DNA of 64,000 nucleotides, from contig PBGD01000002.1 of the NCBI GenBank assembly GCA_002718895.1, positions 800 to 64,799 on the forward strand, written 5' to 3'. The position numbers were made by a program, and so were the translations under genes. Source of the stretch: Flavobacteriales bacterium. Its GTDB lineage: Bacteria; Bacteroidota; Bacteroidia; Flavobacteriales; TMED113. A model generated the notes under the pieces. That model did no database searches and was not told where the DNA came from. It saw nothing but the letters and a program-made list of their open reading frames with translations. Positions within the stretch are counted from its first letter, which is position 1. Every line of letters starts with the position of its first letter. This document shows positions 39,161 through 48,971 of this stretch, one piece after another.

Positions 39161-39535
39161 TTAAATGTCTTCAAATTTGACGTCTGAAAAATTCTCTGAA
39201 GATTGTTCCGTTGAATCATTATCGCCTTCTTGTTTATTTCTCTCTTCACTACTAGGTTCAGATGATATTACTTCTCTACCTTTTTTGTCAAAAATAAAAT
39301 CTGCAACCTCTTTAAAACTTGCTGCAAATTCCTCAAAATCTTCTTTATATAAATAAATTTTGTGTTTTTTATAATGAGCAGTTCCGTCATCGTGACTGAA
39401 TTTTTTACTCTCTGTTATAGTCATATAATAATCTTCAGCCCTTGTAGATCGTACATCAAAAAAATATGTTCTTCTACCAGCACGAACAGATTTTGAAAAA
39501 ATCTCTTCTCTTTCATAATTTTCTTTTCCTTCCAT
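39161..39535 (-). CDS. PUR-alpha-like nucleic-acid-binding protein (DUF3276 family)
   Basis: EIFSKSVRAGRRTYFFDVRSTRAEDYYMTITESKKF matches the Bacteroidota PUR-repeat family as I remember it. Acidic, Ser-rich C-terminal tail. Confidence 0.65.
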   Translation of the reverse strand: MEGKENYEREEIFSKSVRAGRRTYFFDVRSTRAEDYYMTITESKKFSHDDGTAHYKKHKIYLYKEDFEEFAASFKEVADFIFDKKGREVISSEPSSEERNKQEGDNDSTEQSSENFSDVKFEDI

Positions 39536-39599
39536 AGTACATTAAGTGTTTTTATTAAAAGAACAAAACTATAAAAATATATTTAAAAAAAAAGGTTTA

Positions 39600-41369
39600 C
39601 TATGCATCTAACTGCTTAAAAAATATATTATAAAACTCTCCTTTATTTTTAAGCAGTTGAAAATATCTTCCTGACTCAACTACAAAACCTTTATTAAGAA
39701 CATGAATATGGTGACAAAACTCTAACACTGAGAGCCTGTTAGAAGTGATAATCACTAATGATGAATCAAAAACTTGTTCAATATATTTCATTATGTTTCT
39801 TTCAGTATTTATATCAACATTAGATAATGCATCATCTAATAATAAAATCTTGGGCTTTTTAATCAATGCTCTTGCTAATGCAATGCGTTGTTTTTGACCA
39901 CCAGAAAGAGTAACACCCCCTTCGCCGATATATGTGTCTAAACCATTTTTAAAAGACTTTATTTCATCTAAAATACATACATGTTTACAGATATTTATAA
40001 TCTCATCTTCTGTTGCTAAATTATTACCAAACAGAATATTGTTCCTAATTGTATCAGAGAATAAAAATATGTCTTGTGAAACATAGCTAATATTGGATCT
40101 AAAAAAACTCCAATTTAAAACTTTACTAGAATAGCCGTCATAAAAAAGATCGCCTTTTGATGTTTGAATCATTCCACTTAACAATTTCATTATGGTACTT
40201 TTCCCTGAGCCAACTCCACCAACAAAACCAACAATTTGGTTAGCTTGAACAACTAAGTTGATTGACTTTAAAGCATACAATTCATTTTCATCATATTTAA
40301 AACTAATATTTTTAAATTCAATATTGGTGTTAATTTTGTTCTTGGGTTTTGTCAAATCCTTAGTAGAATGAAAAACAGAGTAGTCGTTATTATGTAAAAA
40401 AATGTTAATTCTCTTCTGTGAAGCTGAAGCTCTTTGAACAACTTCAGTAACCCAACCAACAGATGTCACTGGCCATGTCAACATATTAATATAAATTATA
40501 AATTCTGCAACATTACCAATCGTAATTTTTTGTTGAATTACTAAAATCCCTCCAGTATAAACAGTCAAAATTACACTTGCACCTACCAAAAGCAATACCA
40601 AAGGGAAAAAAGTTGAGTTTACTTTTGACAGTTTAATGTTATCTGACATGTAGTTTTCTGATAATGACGAGAACATATTAGTTATTTTAGATTCATTCAC
40701 AAATGACTTAACTAATCTTATGCCTGAAAAAGACTGTTGAACTAAGTTAGTTAAGCTAGAAAGCCTTTGTTGAGCAATATTACTTTTTAAATTAATATTC
40801 TTACTTACTTTAAATATTAAAAAAGATAATATAGGCAATGGAAATATAATAATAAAAGTTAAAAGTGGACTGACTGATATCATTCTGCAAAGAATTAGAA
40901 TAATTAATGTTACTAAATTTGCAGAATACATAACACCAGGACCTAAATACATTCTTACTTTTGAAACATCTTCAGTAATTCTATTTATTAAATCCCCAGT
41001 ATTGTTTTTATTATAAAAACTGGTTGATAATTGTTGATATTTGAAATAAATATCATTTTTTAAATCAAATTCTATATTCCTTGAAACAACAATAATTGTT
41101 TGTCTCATAAAAAACATAAATAGGCCTTTAATTAAAGCACATATAACTAGAAGTATTGAATACTTGAATAAGAGTTGGTTTAAATTATTAGTACTATTAA
41201 GATCATTCTTAGTAATATTAATTTCATTTATAATCACATCAAAAGATTTACCAATGAGATTTGCAGGAAATAAAGCAAATACATTTGCCAAAATAATAAA
41301 TACAAAACCTATAAATAATTTATATTTATACTTAATAAAATACTTATTTAAATGTTTTAGTTCTTGCAT
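39600..41369 (-). CDS. ABC exporter, fused permease and ATPase (MsbA/multidrug-type)
   Basis: Six N-terminal TM helices. Walker A GGVGSGKST, signature LSGGQKQR, Walker B LLLDDALS. Confidence 0.9.
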   Translation of the reverse strand: MQELKHLNKYFIKYKYKLFIGFVFIILANVFALFPANLIGKSFDVIINEINITKNDLNSTNNLNQLLFKYSILLVICALIKGLFMFFMRQTIIVVSRNIEFDLKNDIYFKYQQLSTSFYNKNNTGDLINRITEDVSKVRMYLGPGVMYSANLVTLIILILCRMISVSPLLTFIIIFPLPILSFLIFKVSKNINLKSNIAQQRLSSLTNLVQQSFSGIRLVKSFVNESKITNMFSSLSENYMSDNIKLSKVNSTFFPLVLLLVGASVILTVYTGGILVIQQKITIGNVAEFIIYINMLTWPVTSVGWVTEVVQRASASQKRINIFLHNNDYSVFHSTKDLTKPKNKINTNIEFKNISFKYDENELYALKSINLVVQANQIVGFVGGVGSGKSTIMKLLSGMIQTSKGDLFYDGYSSKVLNWSFFRSNISYVSQDIFLFSDTIRNNILFGNNLATEDEIINICKHVCILDEIKSFKNGLDTYIGEGGVTLSGGQKQRIALARALIKKPKILLLDDALSNVDINTERNIMKYIEQVFDSSLVIITSNRLSVLEFCHHIHVLNKGFVVESGRYFQLLKNKGEFYNIFFKQLDA

Positions 41370-41467
41370 GAAAAAGAAATATTTTTCAATTTATAAATAA
41401 AAAAGTTACTTTTGTCGTGCAAAAAAAATATAAATCATTTTTGCTTTAAAGATTCTTACGTTAAAAG

Positions 41468-42553
41468 ATGAAAATAACTAATATTAGAGAATTAAAAAAT
41501 ATAAATCATGAAGTACTAAAGTACATGAGTGATAAAAGACATGAAAAAGTTGTTCATTGCTATGATAAGGAGACAAATCTTGAAGCAATTATTGCAGTAC
41601 ATAACACTAATTTAGGTCCAGCACTTGGAGGTACAAGAATGTGGCAGTACAAAAATACAAGTGATGCCATTAAAGATGTTTTAAGACTATCTCGTGGAAT
41701 GACGTACAAGGCATCAATAACAGGACTGAATTTAGGTGGAGGGAAAGCCGTGATAATTGGAAATTCTGAAAAAAAAACAGACGAAATGATGCATGCATTT
41801 GGTAAGTTTGTTGAAACGTTGAAAGGTTTATATATAACTGCTGAAGACGTAGGCATGACAACATATGACATGAGCATTATTCATAAAGAAACAAACCACG
41901 TTGTAGGAAAGCCGACTGATTTAGGTGGAAGTGGAGACCCCTCAGTAGTCACAGCATACGGTGTTTTAATGGGTATGAAAGGGTCTGCATTTTACAAATG
42001 GGGTTCAGACAAACTTAATGGTAAAAAAATTTTAATTCAAGGTGTAGGAAATGTTGGAAAAAATTTAATCCAATTGCTTCAAAAAGAAAATGCCGATATT
42101 TATATTAATGATTTAAATTTAGAAAAAGCACTAAATATAAGCACTAAATATAATCTTAAAATTATTAAAGATAATATTTATTCATCTGATATTGACATAT
42201 ACGCACCATGTGCACTAGGTGGAACTCTGAATGAGATTACAATTCCACAACTCAAATGTGATATTGTTGCTGGAGCTGCAAATAATCAATTAGCAAAAGA
42301 AAATATACACGATGAGTTATTAAGTAAATACAATATTTTATATGCTCCAGATTTTTTAATTAATGCAGGAGGCCTAATAAATGTGTATTCTGAACTTAAA
42401 GGTGTATCTAGAGACGAAGTCACCACTAAAACTGAAAATATTTTTCATACAACTATTGAAATACTTAAAAAGTCTAATCAAGAAAATATTTCATCACAAA
42501 AAGCAGCTTTAAAAATTGCAAAAGAAAGAGTTTTTAAAAAACATAATGCATAA
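41468..42553 (+). CDS. Leucine (Leu/Phe/Val) dehydrogenase
   Basis: Glu/Leu/Phe/Val dehydrogenase family. GGTRMW, catalytic Lys region LNLGGGKAVIIG, NAD-binding GVGNVG. 361 aa. Confidence 0.85.
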   Translation: MKITNIRELKNINHEVLKYMSDKRHEKVVHCYDKETNLEAIIAVHNTNLGPALGGTRMWQYKNTSDAIKDVLRLSRGMTYKASITGLNLGGGKAVIIGNSEKKTDEMMHAFGKFVETLKGLYITAEDVGMTTYDMSIIHKETNHVVGKPTDLGGSGDPSVVTAYGVLMGMKGSAFYKWGSDKLNGKKILIQGVGNVGKNLIQLLQKENADIYINDLNLEKALNISTKYNLKIIKDNIYSSDIDIYAPCALGGTLNEITIPQLKCDIVAGAANNQLAKENIHDELLSKYNILYAPDFLINAGGLINVYSELKGVSRDEVTTKTENIFHTTIEILKKSNQENISSQKAALKIAKERVFKKHNA

Positions 42554-42557
42554 TTAA

Positions 42558-43430
42558 ATGCTTCCCAGAAGACACATTCGCATAAAAGTCTTTCAAACTT
42601 TATATAGTTATATACAAAAGAAGGAAGAGACCCTCACAATTAAAAATGAATTTCAAAAAAACTTACAATCATACCTAGAACTTTATCATATTGTTATAGA
42701 TTTTTTAGTCCTATTTAAAGAAGTCGCATCTGATGAAATAGACATCAAACTAAAAAAATTTTTTCCTACTGATGAAGATTTAAAACCAAATAAAAGATTT
42801 GTTAAAAATAAAATTTTAAGCAACTTAAAACTTAAAAAAAATAAAGATATCGATTATGATAAACTGAAAAGAATTATTAAAAAAATATTTAAGAAAATTG
42901 AAAAATCAACAAAGTATATTAAGTTCATGAATTCTAAAAACAACTCAATAAATCATGATAGAAAATTTATTATTTATTTATTGAGAAAATATTTAATTAC
43001 TAATGAAAAAATTCATGAATTCATTGAAGAATACTCTATATATTGTAATGATGATCTAGTTATTGTTTATCATACAATCATTGAAAAGCTTAATAACGAG
43101 CAAAAATTAAGATCTAATAAGATTTTTAGAAATCCGGAAGATAAATTGTTTGCTAAAAATTTATTGAATTTCACTTTAAAAAATAATGATAAATTAAACT
43201 CCAATGTGTTTAAATTAGTTAAAAATTGGGATATTGAAAGAATTGCTTTATCAGATTTAATTTTAATTAAAATGGCTATTTCTGAAAATCTATTTATTAA
43301 AAATATACCTTACAAAGTTACACTAGATGAATATATTGAAATCTCAAAAGATTATAGCACTCCAAAAAGTAAAGAATTTATCAATGGAATTTTAGATGTG
43401 TTCATGAAAGATATTTTAGCTGAACAATAG
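42558..43430 (+). CDS. nusB: Transcription antitermination factor NusB (long Bacteroidota form)
   Basis: N-terminal RRHIRIKVFQTLYS. C-terminal NusB core WDIERIALSDLILIKMAI.E.....P.KV.LDEYIEISK.YST.KS.EFINGILD. Confidence 0.8.
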   Translation: MLPRRHIRIKVFQTLYSYIQKKEETLTIKNEFQKNLQSYLELYHIVIDFLVLFKEVASDEIDIKLKKFFPTDEDLKPNKRFVKNKILSNLKLKKNKDIDYDKLKRIIKKIFKKIEKSTKYIKFMNSKNNSINHDRKFIIYLLRKYLITNEKIHEFIEEYSIYCNDDLVIVYHTIIEKLNNEQKLRSNKIFRNPEDKLFAKNLLNFTLKNNDKLNSNVFKLVKNWDIERIALSDLILIKMAISENLFIKNIPYKVTLDEYIEISKDYSTPKSKEFINGILDVFMKDILAEQ

Positions 43431-43459
43431 TTGAATTGCAAGTATTTTATTTATCTTTG
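43431..43459 (+). promoter_or_regulatory. Candidate Bacteroidota promoter (-33 TTG, 18-nt spacer, -7 TATCTTTG) for the DUF1573-yajC-coaE unit
   Basis: TTG at 43431-43433 and TATCTTTG at about 43452-43459. About 45 nt upstream of the ATG at 43505. Confidence 0.35.
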
Positions 43460-43504
43460 AACGAAATTTATTTTTATTCTATAAAAAATTAAATATTAAT
43501 AAGT

Positions 43505-43993
43505 ATGAAAAAAATCGCATATATCATTTTAACCATAACAATAATTATTGGATGTAATTCTGCATCAGATAAAATTAAAGAAACACCTCAGAAAAGTAAT
43601 AAAGAAATCATAAGTGAAGTGAAAGATAATAATGTAATAAATGCACAAATTATTGATAATGGAGGAGCGGCCGCATTTAACTGGACAAATGAAGGAGGAA
43701 AAGTGTGGAACTTTGGCAGTATTAAAGAAGGAGACTCACCAGAATTCACATTTACATTTGAAAACTCCGGCACTGAACCAATGATTATTTCAAATGCTAA
43801 AGGTAGTTGCGGATGCACTGTGCCACAATGGCCTAAAGAGCCTATAGCTCCTGGAGAAAAAGGAGAAATAAGTGTTAAATTTAATTCTAAAAACAAAAAA
43901 GGTTCACAAAATAAAACTGTTACAATTACTGCTAATACAACTCCTCCAACAACTAAGCTTAGAGTAACAGGACAAATTGAAACTATAGAATAG
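43505..43993 (+). CDS. DUF1573 domain lipoprotein
   Basis: Lipobox ITIIIGC. Domain motif F.F.N.G..P..I.....SCGCTVP.WPK.PI.PGE.G.I.V.F. Confidence 0.75.
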   Translation: MKKIAYIILTITIIIGCNSASDKIKETPQKSNKEIISEVKDNNVINAQIIDNGGAAAFNWTNEGGKVWNFGSIKEGDSPEFTFTFENSGTEPMIISNAKGSCGCTVPQWPKEPIAPGEKGEISVKFNSKNKKGSQNKTVTITANTTPPTTKLRVTGQIETIE

Positions 43994-43998
43994 ATAAT

Positions 43999-44298
43999 AT
44001 GTTCAATATATTGCTTCAACTTGAAACTGCTGGTGGATTATCTAGCTTTTTACCTATTATACTTATTATTTTTGTGTTTTATTTTTTCATGATTAGACCT
44101 CAAGTAAATAGACAAAAATCTGAGGACAAATTTAGATCAGAGATTAAAAAAAATGATAAAATTGTTACTATTGGTGGTATACATGGTAAAGTTAATCAAA
44201 TTAAAGAAAATAAAGTTATAATAGAAATTGAAGGAAATGTTAGAATTACTATTGATAAAAATTGTATTTCAAAAGAACGATCTCTAAATAAAACCTAA
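43999..44298 (+). CDS. yajC: Preprotein translocase subunit YajC
   Basis: 99 aa. Single TM helix followed by FFMIRPQVNRQK and V.TIGGIHGKV. Confidence 0.85.
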   Translation: MFNILLQLETAGGLSSFLPIILIIFVFYFFMIRPQVNRQKSEDKFRSEIKKNDKIVTIGGIHGKVNQIKENKVIIEIEGNVRITIDKNCISKERSLNKT

Positions 44299-44311
44299 AA
44301 TAAAAACTTAT

Positions 44312-44887
44312 ATTCAACCAAAAAAAATAGGACTAACCGGCAATATAGGTGCTGGTAAGACTACTATCGCAAAAATTTTCAAATCCCTAGGAATTCCTAT
44401 TTTTAACTCTGACATTGAAAGTAAAAAAATATTACATACACCAGATGTAAGAGAAAGAGTTGCCAAAGAATTAAATTTAGAATATAATGATATAAAAGAT
44501 GTAAGAAAATTGAGAAATATTGTGTTTTCTGATAAAAATAAACTATTAAAACTTAATCTAATTCTTCATCCAATAGTAAATACGCAATTTACAAAATGGT
44601 ATAGAAAACAAACTTCCGATTACATCATCAAAGAGTCCGCACTTTTATTTGAAACTAATAATTATAAATTATTAGATAAAACTATACTTGTTTATGCCTC
44701 TAAAAAAGTAAGATTTGAGAGAGTGTTTAAAAGAGACATAAGTGCTTCTCTGATTGATAAAGTGATGAGTAATCAATTAATATTTAAAGAAGTTAAAGAA
44801 AAGGCAGACTTCATAATAGATAATAATGGGGAAGAGCTATTAATACCTCAAGTGATTAAAATACATGAATTATTATTTAATCTTTGA
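44312..44887 (+). CDS. coaE: Dephospho-CoA kinase, apparently starting at a non-canonical codon (ATT at 44312, or a nearby ATA)
   Basis: In-frame translation upstream of the tracked ORF (44510) reads KKIGLTGNIGAGKTTIAKIFKSLGIPIFNSD, which is the CoaE P-loop and N-terminus. There is no in-frame ATG, GTG or TTG between the stop at 44285 and 44510. Confidence 0.75.
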   Translation: MQPKKIGLTGNIGAGKTTIAKIFKSLGIPIFNSDIESKKILHTPDVRERVAKELNLEYNDIKDVRKLRNIVFSDKNKLLKLNLILHPIVNTQFTKWYRKQTSDYIIKESALLFETNNYKLLDKTILVYASKKVRFERVFKRDISASLIDKVMSNQLIFKEVKEKADFIIDNNGEELLIPQVIKIHELLFNL

Positions 44888-45382
44888 AAGTTTTAAGACT
44901 TCATTTCTTAACATTTCTTTTGACTTTTGAAATATAAATCTACTAGATTCTGAAGATATTAGAATTTTACTCACAAAATGTTCAACTTTAGAATCATCAT
45001 TTAATGATTCTGAAACTGTTACTATGTTACTAATTGTTAAATTTTTAGCAGACTCAATCAATTTCCACAATTTAGAGGGAACATAAATTTGTTGTGAAAC
45101 ATTATATTCATATTCTGTAATTATTCTTTTAATGAGAATTGATTTTAAATCTTTTACATTAACATCATGTAAAGAAAGTCTATTTAACATTCCAACAGGT
45201 TCAATCCTTTCTAAAAAAAGAATTAATCTTTCGTAAGCATGTAGTTTGATTTTTAATTCACTTTCGGATATTTTATAATTTTGGGAATGGTTTTTATTTT
45301 TCTTAAAAAATAAAAAAATAGTAAATGTTATAAAAGTTAAAATAATTAATACAATAAAAATATTTTCAATTATAAATCCCAT
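44873..45382 (-). CDS. Hypothetical membrane-anchored protein
   Basis: 169 aa. One N-terminal TM helix. No motif I recognise. Confidence 0.4.
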   Translation of the reverse strand: MGFIIENIFIVLIILTFITFTIFLFFKKNKNHSQNYKISESELKIKLHAYERLILFLERIEPVGMLNRLSLHDVNVKDLKSILIKRIITEYEYNVSQQIYVPSKLWKLIESAKNLTISNIVTVSESLNDDSKVEHFVSKILISSESSRFIFQKSKEMLRNEVLKLSKIK

Positions 45383-45462
45383 TTTGTTTTATAAAATAAA
45401 ATGCTAATATCGTTATTTTTAATTTTAATTAATTTAAATTAATAAGTATATTTTAAACCATA

Positions 45463-46656
45463 ATGACAATACTATCAAATAAAGTAACAAATATGCAAGA
45501 ATCTGCTACTCTTGCAATGGCTAGAAAAAGCAGAGAACTTATATCCAAAGGTAAAGATATTATCAATCTAAGTCTAGGTGAACCTGATTTCAACACTCCA
45601 GATTTCATTAAAGAAGCTGCTAAAAAAGCAATAGATAATAATTTTTCAAAATATACACCAGTCGCAGGGTATAATGACTTATTAAATGTAATAGTAAAAA
45701 AGTTTAAAAGAGATAATAATCTGACCTATGAAGCTAAACAAATTGTTTGCTCAACTGGAGCTAAACAAAGTATTGCTCAATTACTGTTGGTATTACTTAA
45801 TAGTGGAGATGAAGTAATACTACCTGCCCCTTATTGGGTAAGTTATTATCAAATGATTCAATTAGCAGATGGAAAAGCGAAAACTATTAATACAGATATT
45901 GAAAATAATTTCAAGATTACAGCAAAACAACTAGAAGAAAGTATTTCTAACAAAACAAAAGTATTTTTATTTAGTTCACCATGTAATCCGACAGGATCTG
46001 TTTATTCAAAAGAAGAACTATTAGAATTATCTAAAGTATTTGCAAAACATAAAGATATTATTATTATTTCTGATGAAATTTATGAACACATTAATTTCAC
46101 TAAATCTCACTTTAGCATAGGTTCAATAGACAAAGTAAAAGATCAAGTGGTCACTGTCAATGGACTTTCTAAAGGCTACGCTATGACTGGATGGAGATTT
46201 GGATATTTAGGAGCACCAGATAAAATTGCATCTGCATGTATTAAAATGCAAGGTCAAATAACATCAGCGACATGCTCTATTACACAAAGAGCTGCAATAA
46301 CTGCACTATCAACCCCACCTTCTAAAACTCAATATATGAGAACTGAATTTATAGAAAGACGTAATCTTGTTCTACAACTATTAAGTGAAATTAATGGTCT
46401 AAACCTTAACAAACCGCAGGGAGCATTTTATATCTTTCCAAATGTTAAAAGTTTTATAGGAAAATCAGTAAATGGTTTGAAAATTAGAAATAGTAGTGAT
46501 TTAGCAATGTTTCTATTGACCGATGCAGGTGTATCTGTTGTTGCAGGTTCTGCATTTGGTACTGAGAATTACATTAGGATTTCTTATGCAGCATCAAAAG
46601 AACAACTTATTTCTGCATGTAAATTAATTAAAATAAGCCTAGGGAAAATTAAATAA
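45463..46656 (+). CDS. Class I pyridoxal-phosphate-dependent (aspartate-type) aminotransferase
   Basis: LSLGEPDF, PYW.SY, SSPCNPTG, PLP-lysine motif SKGYAMTGWRFGY, IRISYA. Confidence 0.9.
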   Translation: MTILSNKVTNMQESATLAMARKSRELISKGKDIINLSLGEPDFNTPDFIKEAAKKAIDNNFSKYTPVAGYNDLLNVIVKKFKRDNNLTYEAKQIVCSTGAKQSIAQLLLVLLNSGDEVILPAPYWVSYYQMIQLADGKAKTINTDIENNFKITAKQLEESISNKTKVFLFSSPCNPTGSVYSKEELLELSKVFAKHKDIIIISDEIYEHINFTKSHFSIGSIDKVKDQVVTVNGLSKGYAMTGWRFGYLGAPDKIASACIKMQGQITSATCSITQRAAITALSTPPSKTQYMRTEFIERRNLVLQLLSEINGLNLNKPQGAFYIFPNVKSFIGKSVNGLKIRNSSDLAMFLLTDAGVSVVAGSAFGTENYIRISYAASKEQLISACKLIKISLGKIK

Positions 46657-46657
46657 A

Positions 46658-47347
46658 ATGTTGAAAAAGAAAATTATTTTACTTTGGTTAATTTCATTAA
46701 AATTATTGATTAGTCAAGAACAAAAACCTCTAAATAATCCAATATATGATAAACAAGCTTATCATTTTGGTTTCACATTAGGTCTAAGTAATACTAAATT
46801 TCAAATTGTACATAGTGAATTATTTTCTACACAAAATAATTTTGATCAAATTCTGTCTCAACACGAACCTGGCTTTAATGTGGGAATTATTATGGATTTA
46901 AAAATTAGTAAAAACATTAATTTAAGAGTTACTCCGTCATTTAATTTTAGCGATCAAAAAATTGATTTTAAAAAAAATAATATTACCAATTCTCAACCTA
47001 AAAGCAATAGTGAAGTTTCAAATTTTGAACTACCTCTTTATTTAAAGTATAGGTCTGATCGAATTAACAATGGAAGAGCATATCTATTATTTGGTGGCAA
47101 TTTTATGCTAAATATGTCTAGTGTAGAGAAATTACAAGTCGTAGATAATTTAAAATTTAAAACAACTAACTACTCTATTGACGTTGGATTTGGCATTGAC
47201 CTTTATTTTACTTACTTTAAATTCTCTCCCGAAATCAAATATTGCTATGGGTTAAGAAATATGCTAGTTTCAAAAGAAAATAGTTTCAGCCAATCAATTA
47301 ATAAACTTTATACAAGAGGATTACTAATTTCATTAACTTTTGAATAG
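46658..47347 (+). CDS. Small outer-membrane beta-barrel protein (PorT-family-like)
   Basis: Signal peptide. 229 aa. Alternating beta-strand pattern, with the terminal strand LLISLTFE. The PorT-like call is tentative. Confidence 0.45.
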   Translation: MLKKKIILLWLISLKLLISQEQKPLNNPIYDKQAYHFGFTLGLSNTKFQIVHSELFSTQNNFDQILSQHEPGFNVGIIMDLKISKNINLRVTPSFNFSDQKIDFKKNNITNSQPKSNSEVSNFELPLYLKYRSDRINNGRAYLLFGGNFMLNMSSVEKLQVVDNLKFKTTNYSIDVGFGIDLYFTYFKFSPEIKYCYGLRNMLVSKENSFSQSINKLYTRGLLISLTFE

Positions 47348-47354
47348 AGAAGTG

Positions 47355-48137
47355 TTAAAATGCAAATCCTAAGGAAATATTAAAAAATGGAGATAATACT
47401 GGATAAGTTTTGGCTTTTATGAGATTGCCATTTAAATCAGTTATTTCATCACTGAAATCAAAACCGTTTGAATTATTTGAAGATGATGCAAAACCTATAC
47501 TTGGTTGATTGAATTGATCAAAATTAAAAAACAAACCGGCATCTAACTTAATTCGAATTCTGCGAGCTGTACGATGATCAAAAAAATACCAAGCAGTTTT
47601 ATCAAAAATAAAATTGCCATCAAAAATCAAACTATAATTAGCGGTAATCCCAGAGTAATTTTTGTTTATCAACTCATCTTCCTCTGAATCTAAAAACTGG
47701 CCTTTAAAACCTAACTCTATTGCTTGTCTTACCATAACATATCTCCACAATTTGTGAAAACCTAAAGTAGGGTTTAAAAGAGATCGATTTTTATTTTTCT
47801 TTCCAGGATTTAAAACAAAACCAAACTTAGTAGATAAATCAGTGTCGAAATCCATACCCATCATAACATAACCTCTTTCTGTAAGTGTTCCATGTTTAGA
47901 ACTAAAAAAATTTAATTTAAGGGCAATAGAAGGATGAGAACCTACATAAACTTCAAAAGGAGATCTATCTTTTCCTAATTGAGCACCTCTTTTTTGTTTA
48001 TGACCAGGATCTAGATAATTAACATGCAAAGCAGATGTAAAATTATTATTTTTTAAAGGACTTGTATTATCATTGGCATTAGCATTATTGAGGAAACAAA
48101 ATGATGAAATAATTAAAGTCAACAAGAAATTTTTCAT
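47355..48137 (-). CDS. Hypothetical secreted / outer-membrane protein
   Basis: Signal peptide MKNFLLTLIISSFCFLNNANA. Ends in the beta-barrel-like ISLGFAF. The ORF opens at 48161. Confidence 0.4.
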   Translation of the reverse strand: MKNFLLTLIISSFCFLNNANANDNTSPLKNNNFTSALHVNYLDPGHKQKRGAQLGKDRSPFEVYVGSHPSIALKLNFFSSKHGTLTERGYVMMGMDFDTDLSTKFGFVLNPGKKNKNRSLLNPTLGFHKLWRYVMVRQAIELGFKGQFLDSEEDELINKNYSGITANYSLIFDGNFIFDKTAWYFFDHRTARRIRIKLDAGLFFNFDQFNQPSIGFASSSNNSNGFDFSDEITDLNGNLIKAKTYPVLSPFFNISLGFAF

Positions 48138-48192
48138 TTGAATTAAGATTATATTAAACATTTAACGATCTAAATTAGTTAAAAAAAACATC

Positions 48193-48927
48193 TTATCTAA
48201 ATTGAGATAAAATTATTCCAAAAGCGACGGCAACATTTAAAGAATCGATTTGATGATTTGAATTTAAAATTTTAATTTCTTGATCTGAACATTTTATTAA
48301 TGAATCACTGACACCACTGGATTCATTTCCAAAAATAAGAGCAAATTGATCAGGCGGAGACAAATCATATATACTCTTTCCATTTAAAGTTGTAGAATAA
48401 GAAAGGATATTTTTTAGTTTTAATTGATTTACTAAACTAATTAATGAGGTCACTTGAATTTTTACTCTAGACAAAGAACCCATAGATGATTGAACAACTT
48501 TAGGATTATATACATCAACACAATTTTTTGATGTATAAATTTTTTTAACTCCAAACCAATCAGCAGTTCTTATAATTGTGCCCATATTGCCAGGATCTGA
48601 GATAGAGTCTAATAAAATAATTCTTTTTTGATTGAACTGATGATGTTGAGTTGTTAAAGAAGCTACTGGTTTGTTGATTAAGGCAAGAACTCCAGACGGA
48701 TTTTTAAAAGAGCTGATTTTAGCTAACTCTTTTTCAGAAATTAATTCAAAATTGGTTGAAAAATGATGTGCTAATTTAGTTGTAACATAAATTTTAATAA
48801 CAATAAAATCGGACTTTATAAAATCATTAACTACATGTAATCCTTCTGCAAGAAAACAATTATATTGCAATCTATATTTATTATATTTTAATGAATTAAT
48901 GAACTTAATTTTTTGCTTTGATAGCAT
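48193..48927 (-). CDS. TrmH/SpoU-family RNA 2'-O-methyltransferase
   Basis: SpoU motifs LDSISDPGNMGTIIRTADWFG, LIFGNESSGVS, SLNVAVAFGI. Likely start at MLSKQKIKF. The ORF opens at 48972. Confidence 0.8.
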   Translation of the reverse strand: MLSKQKIKFINSLKYNKYRLQYNCFLAEGLHVVNDFIKSDFIVIKIYVTTKLAHHFSTNFELISEKELAKISSFKNPSGVLALINKPVASLTTQHHQFNQKRIILLDSISDPGNMGTIIRTADWFGVKKIYTSKNCVDVYNPKVVQSSMGSLSRVKIQVTSLISLVNQLKLKNILSYSTTLNGKSIYDLSPPDQFALIFGNESSGVSDSLIKCSDQEIKILNSNHQIDSLNVAVAFGIILSQFR

Positions 48928-48971
48928 TAAATGATATATTTTTACTAAGCAAAATAAAAAAAAATATTCCA

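Noticed and set aside
43588-44019. 143-aa minus-strand ORF covering the DUF1573 gene.
   Set aside because: The plus-strand frame carries the lipobox and the DUF1573 SCGCTVP motif and fits the nusB-DUF1573-yajC-coaE order. The antisense ORF has no features.
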